Below, piece after piece: positions 1-6,922 of a stretch of 20,000 nt of DNA (positions are counted from its first letter, which is position 1; every line of letters starts with the position of its first letter). The stretch spans positions 55,304-75,303 of IMG/VR virus record IMGVR_UViG_3300043781_000014; one strand, 5' to 3'. The DNA comes from an uncultured virus (IMG/VR IMGVR_UViG_3300043781_000014). Taxonomy: Duplodnaviria; Heunggongvirae; Uroviricota; Caudoviricetes. The position numbers were made by a program, and so were the translations under genes. The notes below the pieces were generated by a model. The model saw only the letters and a program-made list of their open reading frames with translations, was not told the DNA's origin and did not search any database.

Positions 1-244
1 GCTTAAAGCTAACCCTAAGTACTTTTATGTATTTTTAGATAATGACGCTATGAAAGAAGAAATTAAGTTAATAGATCGACTAAAGCAAAGAATTAGCCTA
101 GACCGGATATATTTAGTTGTAAATCCCTATAAAGATAAAGATGCTAATGATTTAGGTAGTACAATAGTTAAAGAATTGTTAGACAAGGCTCAACCTGTTA
201 ATCTACAATCATTACTGTATCTAGTAAGAGGTGATAAAAAGTGA
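1..244 (+). CDS. DNA primase (DnaG/TOPRIM), C-terminal part; starts before the window
   Basis: Frame is open from position 2 (LKANPKYFYVFLDNDAMKEE...), giving the TOPRIM DxD motif FLDNDA and the DnaG motif KDANDLG. ATG 50 in the ORF track is internal. Confidence 0.85.
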   Translation, partial: LKANPKYFYVFLDNDAMKEEIKLIDRLKQRISLDRIYLVVNPYKDKDANDLGSTIVKELLDKAQPVNLQSLLYLVRGDKK

Positions 245-591
245 AAAGAGACTTACCAGATGTAAGAAACTTAAGTACACTAAGTTTTCAAGATTATATC
301 CGGTTAATGGAATTAGTTAAACAAGATGGTAAGCTACCAACAGAAACGGTTACTCAGCATAATAATGACCCTGTTTCCTATAAGGAAGCCTATGAAGCAT
401 TAAAAGATTTAGCTAATAAAGTAACGGGTGAAGCCCAGCAAGCTAATAACTATACTGCGGACTTGTTTTCTAGTCTAGCTACTTTATTAGTTAAAAAACA
501 TATTATTAGTGAAAAAGAATTAAATGAAGTAAGCAGAATTGCTCAACAAATTTGGGAGGAAGAAAATAATGGTAAAATCAGCTCTAAGTAA
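241..591 (+). CDS. Hypothetical helical protein (116 aa), downstream of primase
   Basis: GTG start with SD GAGGTG at ~228-233, overlapping the primase stop; Twort-like phages have small conserved genes at this position. Confidence 0.7.
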   Translation: MKRDLPDVRNLSTLSFQDYIRLMELVKQDGKLPTETVTQHNNDPVSYKEAYEALKDLANKVTGEAQQANNYTADLFSSLATLLVKKHIISEKELNEVSRIAQQIWEEENNGKISSK

Positions 592-949
592 AGTACAAAT
601 TTTAAATGCAATTAAGGTTCATAAACAACTACCAATGCCAATGACTAAGTTAGAACAGACTAGTGCTGAAACCTTGCTCAAGAAGCGCTTAACAATGGAA
701 GAAGTATTAGATGTAATTGATCTTGTTAATTCACCACTTAGTCAACAATTATCTGCAATTAATCAACGGGCTAGTTTAACTGCAATTGCGTTAGATAAGT
801 CAATGCAAAAGAATGGCTTAGATGAAAAGACAATTGATAAGATCTGGGCGGATGCTCATAAGGAATTGGATAAGGCTAACCGTAAAGCTAGTGAAAAGAT
901 GCAGGAATCATTCAAGCAACAAGTAGCAGACTTAAAGGAAGGTAAGTAA
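569..949 (+). CDS. Hypothetical coiled-coil protein (126 aa)
   Basis: ATG 569 follows SD GGAGGA (556-561), a better start than 539; stop overlaps next ATG (TAATG). Confidence 0.7.
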   Translation: MVKSALSKVQILNAIKVHKQLPMPMTKLEQTSAETLLKKRLTMEEVLDVIDLVNSPLSQQLSAINQRASLTAIALDKSMQKNGLDEKTIDKIWADAHKELDKANRKASEKMQESFKQQVADLKEGK

Positions 950-1638
950 TGAGTGTAGCAGACCTTAAAAAGGCTTTAGGTGAAGTTGGCTTTACTCAAT
1001 TAAAGAAAGCTGTTAATACTGGGAACGTAACTGTATATACAGTAAAGACTTTAAATAAAGAATTTGGCTTAGCTCCTTTAGCTGGAATTTCAGAAAGTGA
1101 CGTAGCAGATAATCAAGCTGAATTAGTTAACGTTTTTGAAGAATCTTTTGTTAATATTCAAGATCAGAAGATTAGTGTTGTTATGTATGATAAGGAATTA
1201 AATTCAGCCCTATTTAAGAGTGTAGTTCGTTCTTATGTACTAAGTCTTGAGGGACTAGAAAGTGTAAGCAATAACTTAAAAGATGAAATTGATTATGACT
1301 CTTACATGGCTAAATTAGTAAAAGAGGACAAATTAGGTATTTTAGTTGTTAAAGACGAAGACGAGGATCATCTTTATATGTTTAAGAAAGAACCAGCTTT
1401 AATTAAATTAAAGGTTATTAAGCAATTAAGAGACCTAGCAGAGTCCGAAGATATTGATACGAATAAGGATAAGCAAGACCAATTTATGAAGTTAAATAAA
1501 CTAGCTAAAAAGTCCTATAAGGAAAACAAGACTTACATTAGTCATCTTGATCCACTTATTACCCAACGGGCAATCTATGATCCAGACGTAAGAGAAAAAG
1601 TAAAACTATTTAATAACTTAAAAATGATGTATGATTAA
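949..1638 (+). CDS. Hypothetical protein (229 aa)
   Basis: Long ORF, SD AAGGAAGG, coupled to the upstream stop, phage-like codon usage; no motif recognised. Confidence 0.75.
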   Translation: MSVADLKKALGEVGFTQLKKAVNTGNVTVYTVKTLNKEFGLAPLAGISESDVADNQAELVNVFEESFVNIQDQKISVVMYDKELNSALFKSVVRSYVLSLEGLESVSNNLKDEIDYDSYMAKLVKEDKLGILVVKDEDEDHLYMFKKEPALIKLKVIKQLRDLAESEDIDTNKDKQDQFMKLNKLAKKSYKENKTYISHLDPLITQRAIYDPDVREKVKLFNNLKMMYD

Positions 1639-2707
1639 TATGATTAAACAAAACTATAAAGAGAAATTTTGCGATACAAATAAAGTGAAACCTAAAAGAA
1701 CGTATAATGTACTAGAGCTTTTTGCAGGAGCTGGTGGGCTAGCCTTAGGACTAGAAGAAGCTGGTTTTAAAGATGTTGGGCTTGTAGAAATAGATAAAAA
1801 TGCAGTAGCAACTTTAAAACGAAATAGACCAAATTGGAATGTTATCAAAGGAGATATTACAAAAATAACAGATGATCCAGAAGGTATTAGAAAATATATA
1901 CCTAAGGACACTGAGATCGATCTGCTTAGTGGTGGTTATCCATGCCAAGCATTTTCTTATGCTGGAAAGAGAAAAGGTCTCGAAGATACTCGAGGAACAT
2001 TATTTTATAATTATGCTCAAATATTAAAGCAAACGATGCCAAAAATGTTTCTTGTAGAAAATGTTAAAGGTTTAACCACGCACGATCATGGAAGAACGCT
2101 TAAAACAATGATCAATGTATTCGAAGAAATCGGTTATCATACCCAATATAAGGTATTAAATGCGTGGGACTATGGAGTTGCAGAAAAAAGACAACGTATG
2201 ATTCTAATTGGTATTAGGAATGATTTAAACATTAAATATATGTATCCTAAGCCTCACACCTACAAACCAGTGCTAAAAGACGTACTAGTGAATGTTCCTG
2301 ATAGTCCGGGTGTAAAATACTCTAAGAAAAAGTATAATGTATTAAAACTTGTTCCAGCTGGAGGATATTGGCGGGATTTACCAGAAGAAATCGCTAAAGA
2401 CTATATGGGAGCAAGCTGGAATTCTGGTGGTGGACGGACAGGTATGGCAAGAAGATTAAGTTGGGACGAACCAAGCCTTACTCTTACTACGTCACCATCT
2501 CAAAAGCAAACGGAGCGATGCCATCCAGATGAGACAAGACCTTTCACAACTAGAGAGTACGCACGTATTCAGAGTTTTCCAGATGAATGGAAATTTGAAG
2601 GCGGTGTAGGTTCAGTGTATAAACAGATTGGAAATGCTGTAGCCGTTAATTTTGCTAAAGAGATAGGATTATCTATAATTGATTCCTTAAATCAGATAGA
2701 AAAGTAG
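1631..2707 (+). CDS. dcm: Orphan DNA (cytosine-5)-methyltransferase, M.Sau96I/M.Eco47II-like (probable GGNCC); start 1631 or 1640
   Basis: Motif I ELFAGAGG, IV GGYPCQAFS (catalytic PC), VI ENVKGL, VIII KRQR, IX-X REYARIQSFP...KQIGNAV. TRD GGRTGMARRLSWDEPSLTLTTSPSQKQTERCHP resembles the Sau96I group as recalled. Confidence 0.95.
   Translation: MINMIKQNYKEKFCDTNKVKPKRTYNVLELFAGAGGLALGLEEAGFKDVGLVEIDKNAVATLKRNRPNWNVIKGDITKITDDPEGIRKYIPKDTEIDLLSGGYPCQAFSYAGKRKGLEDTRGTLFYNYAQILKQTMPKMFLVENVKGLTTHDHGRTLKTMINVFEEIGYHTQYKVLNAWDYGVAEKRQRMILIGIRNDLNIKYMYPKPHTYKPVLKDVLVNVPDSPGVKYSKKKYNVLKLVPAGGYWRDLPEEIAKDYMGASWNSGGGRTGMARRLSWDEPSLTLTTSPSQKQTERCHPDETRPFTTREYARIQSFPDEWKFEGGVGSVYKQIGNAVAVNFAKEIGLSIIDSLNQIEK
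1645..1658. repeat. 14-bp direct repeat TAAACAAAACTATA, left copy flanking the MTase
   Basis: Exact match to 2790-2803. Confidence 0.85.
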
Positions 2708-2757
2708 CTAGATACTCTCTACAAGAATTAGGCTTAGTCAAATGATTAATACTAATT

Positions 2758-2784
2758 AGGCTAACAATTATGTTAGTCTTTTTT
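2758..2784 (+). terminator. Rho-independent terminator after the MTase
   Basis: AGGCTAACA-atta-TGTTAGTCT stem (one G-U) followed by a T run. Confidence 0.8.
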
Positions 2785-2789
2785 ATTAA

Positions 2790-2803
2790 TAAACAAAACT
2801 ATA
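2790..2803. repeat. 14-bp direct repeat TAAACAAAACTATA, right copy
   Basis: Exact match to 1645-1658. Confidence 0.85.
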
Positions 2804-2806
2804 TTA
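2797..2806 (+). promoter_or_regulatory. Putative phage late/middle promoter AACTATATTA
   Basis: Identical 10-mer at 11927-11936 and 19392-19401; resembles the TGTTATATTA late promoter of phage K; lies between a terminator and the resolvase RBS. Confidence 0.55.
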
Positions 2807-2824
2807 TAAACAAGGTGATAATAA

Positions 2825-3469
2825 ATGGATGGGAATAGTATCGTAAAAAAAGGCAAGAATTTTGAAAGAAAGATAGCCAAGGAGTTTTCATTACACTATA
2901 AGACTAATGTAAGCCGTACTGCTTATTCTGGGGCAACAAGAGGAATTGAAACTCAGTACAATCATTCTGATCAAACAGGTAATATGGGATTTGTTGGTGA
3001 TTTATTCTTTCCGGCAGATCACCCAATGAGTATCTTTAATTATGAACTAAAGAATCATGACTCTGTTAAGTTTACTCAATTCTTTAATTCTAATGGTGAA
3101 ATTCCTAGTTTTATGGAACAGGTAACTACAGACTCTAGCAGATTAGGTGGAGTTGGTCATACAGTACCATGTTTAATTATCCATATTAAGCGAGAAAATG
3201 ACTATGCCCTATTCCCTTTTAAAGCAAGCGTATATCAAGTTTTAGCTAAAGACCATGACAATGTATTGGCTACGATGATAAGCTATACACAAGAGCGTAC
3301 AGAGGAAATTAACAGGTATAATATGATTGTTACCACTTTAGATAACTTTATGGAGCTAGACCCAGATTTTATGTATCAACAATATAAGGACTTTAATTGG
3401 GATAGCCTAAATACTCATGAGGTAAAGCATAAAGAAGTGGACTTAAATAAATTAATTGACGAGGTTTAA
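2825..3469 (+). CDS. Holliday junction resolvase, PD-(D/E)XK Hjc-like
   Basis: KGKNFERKIAKEF, SRTAYSGA, GDLFFP and YELKN motifs; SD AAGGTGA; usual position downstream of primase. Confidence 0.85.
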   Translation: MDGNSIVKKGKNFERKIAKEFSLHYKTNVSRTAYSGATRGIETQYNHSDQTGNMGFVGDLFFPADHPMSIFNYELKNHDSVKFTQFFNSNGEIPSFMEQVTTDSSRLGGVGHTVPCLIIHIKRENDYALFPFKASVYQVLAKDHDNVLATMISYTQERTEEINRYNMIVTTLDNFMELDPDFMYQQYKDFNWDSLNTHEVKHKEVDLNKLIDEV

Positions 3470-3474
3470 TTAAA

Positions 3475-4086
3475 TTGCGTTTACAAAGACAATTAAATAT
3501 TGATAATACTTTTCGGGTATTAAACCTAAACTTTTATGATAAGAAACGTGATTATGTAAAAGTTAATGCTAAAAACAAGGAGAAAGTCTTAGCTTGTCTA
3601 AATGACGATCAAGAACACTATTACGTAATTGACGGTACGAGTGACGACTTATTACTTAACCATAAAGTATATAAGAGTCAAGACCATATCATTTATGCTA
3701 CTAATGACTTAATTCCAATGAGCGTCTTTTTAGCTATTGGATCTAATCGAAAAGTTATTTATATGTATCGACTTCATAACTTTAGCCAAGCAGAATTAGA
3801 TAATATGAACACTGCTTCTGAGGTTGGGACTACCGCTATTTATGTACCAAACATTACAGAAGATACAAGGATTACTCCTTTGCTGTTTGATATAGAAGAC
3901 GCTAGATTTATTGCTGATCGAATTTATCTTGAATTTAATGATAATGTTACTCAAGACTTAAAAGAGGCTTATTTTGATACTCTACATGAAATTCTAGCCC
4001 GCTGGACTATTCAGCTTTATCTTAGCTACTCTAGTGAAGCAGAACACCAAAAACTAAGTAAGTATTTAATTAAGAAATATAAATAG
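3475..4086 (+). CDS. Conserved hypothetical protein preceding the HU-like gene (203 aa)
   Basis: TTG start 9 nt after SD GAGGT; size and position fit the ~200-aa gene before the IHF/HU-like gene in Twort-like phages (recalled). Confidence 0.7.
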   Translation: MRLQRQLNIDNTFRVLNLNFYDKKRDYVKVNAKNKEKVLACLNDDQEHYYVIDGTSDDLLLNHKVYKSQDHIIYATNDLIPMSVFLAIGSNRKVIYMYRLHNFSQAELDNMNTASEVGTTAIYVPNITEDTRITPLLFDIEDARFIADRIYLEFNDNVTQDLKEAYFDTLHEILARWTIQLYLSYSSEAEHQKLSKYLIKKYK

Positions 4087-4131
4087 ACCTTATATCATTC
4101 GTTGTCTAATATGTTATAAGGACGAACTAAA

Positions 4132-4446
4132 ATGAAAAAAGACGTGGAAACACTTAATACAACAGATTTAGCTAGGCTAATTAAATTCAGAGATCCTAGC
4201 TTAAAATTAAAAGACATACAAAAGGTATTAAATCTTCAATCAGAAGTAATTGCCTATGGTTTAGACACAGAACAACGAATTAAAATTGGTAAGTTGTTTA
4301 TTATCGAACCTACTATTCGCCCTAGTCACAAACACTACCGAGGAATGGGTAAAGGTTCTAAGTATGTAACAGTACCAAAAAGACTTCGGTTTAAGTTTAA
4401 AGCCCTTAAGCAATTAAAAGAAATAGAAGATAGCCACCAATACTAG
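4132..4446 (+). CDS. HU/IHF-like (TF1-type) DNA-binding protein
   Basis: 104 aa basic protein: helices then RIKIGKLFIIEP...YVTVPKRLRFKFKALKQLKE, matching the HU beta-arm pattern. Confidence 0.8.
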   Translation: MKKDVETLNTTDLARLIKFRDPSLKLKDIQKVLNLQSEVIAYGLDTEQRIKIGKLFIIEPTIRPSHKHYRGMGKGSKYVTVPKRLRFKFKALKQLKEIEDSHQY

Positions 4447-4477
4447 ACGGGTTAATTTAGCCTGTCTTTTTTTTTTT
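4445..4477 (+). terminator. Rho-independent terminator
   Basis: AGACGGGTTA/TAGCCTGTCT stem with G-U pairs followed by about 10 T. Confidence 0.85.
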
Positions 4478-4486
4478 ATTTTTCTA

Positions 4487-4515
4487 TTGCAATCCTTACA
4501 CTTTTAGTTCATAAT
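4487..4515 (+). promoter_or_regulatory. Sigma70/SigA-type promoter
   Basis: TTGCAA (4487-4492) - 17 nt - CATAAT (4510-4515), with a T-rich UP-like region. Confidence 0.65.
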
Positions 4516-4580
4516 AAGAGGTGCGCAAGATTAGATGCGCAGAAATGCGTAAACCCTTGGGCGGAAAGGAAGACAGACAC

Positions 4581-4871
4581 ATGAATGAGTGCGCAGTAAT
4601 GCAAGAATTCAAGATTGCTCAATCTAAATTAGATAAAGTAATGGAATGGGTTAAAGCACAAACTGTCCCTATTCCATACGGTGAAAAGAATAACCCTAAG
4701 AAAGTTAAGGTAACGTTTCAAGGACAAGACTTCTATTATCCTAGTATTCGAGAAACTGCTCGTTATATTAACGTTCCAGAATCTAGCATTCGTTATGCTT
4801 TAAGTAAACAGAATACTTATTATCGTAATGGTTGCTTAATTAGCTATGCGGATGAAGGAGAGGAAGTGTAA
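4581..4871 (+). CDS. Small NUMOD1/IENR1-like helix-turn-helix protein (96 aa)
   Basis: ATG 4581 after SD GAAAGGAAG; KKVKVT...YYPSIRETARYINVPESSIRYAL fits the NUMOD1 HTH pattern; no nuclease motif. Confidence 0.65.
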   Translation: MNECAVMQEFKIAQSKLDKVMEWVKAQTVPIPYGEKNNPKKVKVTFQGQDFYYPSIRETARYINVPESSIRYALSKQNTYYRNGCLISYADEGEEV

Positions 4872-4873
4872 AT

Positions 4874-5365
4874 ATGACAGCGGATATTATCAAGGATGCC
4901 CTGCGTCCTCTACAATATGTAGACATGAATGGGGAACTTAAAACTTTAGTACCAGAACAGATTCTTAATTTTGATACTAATAAATTAGTTGAAGAAATGC
5001 AAAACAACCCCAATATCTATTATTTAGTGGCTAGACTTGCAGAGCGTAAACGATTAGAGGCTAAAGACTTAGATACACAATTAGATGCTCTAAAGGGAAC
5101 TCTATATATCCAATACGTGCAAGACGAAAACTTAAAAAAGTTTAATGGTGGACGTAAACCACCCGAGTCTATGCTTGCTACGGCAATTCAATCTGATCCT
5201 AAATACGTTGAATTGAGTAAGCAACGGAATCTAGCTGACTATCAATTTAGATGTCTTAACTGGTTAACCAAGGCAATTGAAAATAAAGCTGATATGATGC
5301 AAAGCATTAGTGCTAACCAACGACAACAGCAAAAAATGATCCCACAAGGAGGATTTAATGGCTAA
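4874..5365 (+). CDS. UvsY-like recombination mediator
   Basis: Helical 163 aa with EEMQNNPNIYY, KPPESMLATAIQSDPKY and KAIENKADMMQSISA; strong SD GGAGAGGA; upstream of SSB and RecA. Confidence 0.65.
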   Translation: MTADIIKDALRPLQYVDMNGELKTLVPEQILNFDTNKLVEEMQNNPNIYYLVARLAERKRLEAKDLDTQLDALKGTLYIQYVQDENLKKFNGGRKPPESMLATAIQSDPKYVELSKQRNLADYQFRCLNWLTKAIENKADMMQSISANQRQQQKMIPQGGFNG

Positions 5366-5915
5366 TAATTTTGAAACTAAAGTAAAAGATATTTGTAATA
5401 ATATCTATAATTTAACCCTAGATTTAAAAGACTCTGAACAGTTAGTGCTTAATCGTCATGTAGGAAATGTTGATAATCTAGTTGCTAAGTTAATAAGTGA
5501 AGAAGGTAAAACCCTAGTGCGAGATCTTCAACAAGATACTTTTAAAGAATATCAACAGGTTGAAATGATTAAAGATTATTGTTCCCGAGGCTTTATTTAT
5601 GCCCTAGCTTACAAAGGAATTTTACCAGATAGTGATAACTCCACCTTTGTAAAGGCTTTAAGCGCTATTACTACTGCTACTAAAAAGTTACTAATTAAGA
5701 AGAACCATGATTATGGTTCTAGCTATCAAAAGGTGGCAGATATTCTAGGTGCTATTCCAGCGTTTTCAGTGCGAATTTTAGACAAGTGTAATCGACTAGA
5801 TAATCTAATTAATAGTAACAAAACAGTCAAAGTAAAAGATGAATCACTCGCAGATACTATACAAGACTTGTTAGGCTACTATGTATTGTTTATAATTAGT
5901 ATTGAAAATAAATAA
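5358..5915 (+). CDS. DUF1599 / nucleotide modification associated domain 1 protein (MazG-like all-alpha NTP pyrophosphatase fold)
   Basis: C-terminal KKNHDYGSS...VRILDKCNRLDNL...ESLADTIQDLLGYYVL signature. Confidence 0.8.
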   Translation: MANNFETKVKDICNNIYNLTLDLKDSEQLVLNRHVGNVDNLVAKLISEEGKTLVRDLQQDTFKEYQQVEMIKDYCSRGFIYALAYKGILPDSDNSTFVKALSAITTATKKLLIKKNHDYGSSYQKVADILGAIPAFSVRILDKCNRLDNLINSNKTVKVKDESLADTIQDLLGYYVLFIISIENK

Positions 5916-5954
5916 CAGGTAATATCTTGTATTAGAAACAGGGAGTGGATTTTA

Positions 5955-6665
5955 ATTATTTATATTAACGCACCGATCGGTATCGGTAAGACAAGTTTAG
6001 CTAAGATTTTATCTAAGGATTTAGGTACACCTGCATTTTTAGAAGAACCAGAAAAGATTCCATTATTAAATAGTTTTTATGAAGACGGTAAGATTTCACG
6101 AGAGCTTAAATCATTCGTAGTTCAGATTGAATTTCTGGATTACCGATATGAGCAACTTATGGAAGGTGTTCATTTAGGACTAGAAGGTATTACAAATACT
6201 GTCTATGATTCTTCGCTTATTAGTGATGGGATCATGAGTCATAACCTTTATAATCGTGGTGAATTCCCAGAGATTCTTTATAAGGACTACTTACGTCTTA
6301 ATAATATTATGCAACGTAACGTAGCAGGTCATCCTTTCATGGGTCCAGACTTAATTATTTATCTGGAAGCACCATTTGAACAAATGCTGAGTAATATTGC
6401 TAAACGTGGGCGTGAAATGGAAACTACAGACCCTAAGCTAACAGAGTATTATAAGTCTGTATGGAACATCTATCGAGACTGGTATAACTCTTATGGTAAT
6501 ACTCCAGTTCTCAAATTAGATTTAGATAATGTAGATTTTGTTAATAATGTAGATGATAAAAACATGGTCTTAGATAAGATTGAAAATGAGCTTGTTAACC
6601 TAGGAAAATTAAGTCTTAATGAGTTTAACCGACTGCATGATAAACGAGTAAAAGAGGTAGCTTAA
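5955..6665 (+). CDS. Deoxynucleoside kinase (dNK family), 236 aa, probable ATT start
   Basis: The frame of ORF 6159 is open upstream to the TAA at 5913-5915 and encodes IYINAPIGIGKTSLAK (P-loop), FLEE, FY, SFVVQIEFLDYRY, YDSSLISD, PDLIIYLEA and IAKRGREME. SD AGGGAG at 5940-5945; no in-frame ATG/GTG/TTG before the P-loop. Confidence 0.9.
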   Translation: MIYINAPIGIGKTSLAKILSKDLGTPAFLEEPEKIPLLNSFYEDGKISRELKSFVVQIEFLDYRYEQLMEGVHLGLEGITNTVYDSSLISDGIMSHNLYNRGEFPEILYKDYLRLNNIMQRNVAGHPFMGPDLIIYLEAPFEQMLSNIAKRGREMETTDPKLTEYYKSVWNIYRDWYNSYGNTPVLKLDLDNVDFVNNVDDKNMVLDKIENELVNLGKLSLNEFNRLHDKRVKEVA

Positions 6666-6922
6666 TGGAAAAAGAACGCAGAATTGTCGTTGTTAGTAAA
6701 GACGACAATAAGGGCAATCTTTTAACTAATGTTTTGTTTGAAGATTATCCTAAACAGGGTAAAAATGCTAGTGATATGCTAAGTGACTTTACAGTAGGCT
6801 TTGTAAACACTATGCAACGTTATGGTCTTTCTAAAAAAGGACTACTAGAAACTATTGGTGCTATGTATGACACCTTAAATGAAGATGATACAGAAGAAAA
6901 GAACAACGGAGGAAACAACTAA
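6665..6922 (+). CDS. Hypothetical protein (85 aa)
   Basis: SD AGAGGT, TAATG coupling at both ends. Confidence 0.7.
   Translation: MEKERRIVVVSKDDNKGNLLTNVLFEDYPKQGKNASDMLSDFTVGFVNTMQRYGLSKKGLLETIGAMYDTLNEDDTEEKNNGGNN

Noticed and set aside
1654..1911. Minus-strand 85-aa ORF
   Set aside because: Antisense shadow of the MTase; no RBS or motif.
1631..3469. MTase plus downstream PD-(D/E)XK nuclease as a complete type II R-M system
   Set aside because: The nuclease has Hjc-type resolvase motifs, is a core syntenic gene, lies outside the repeat-bounded insert and is separated by a terminator.
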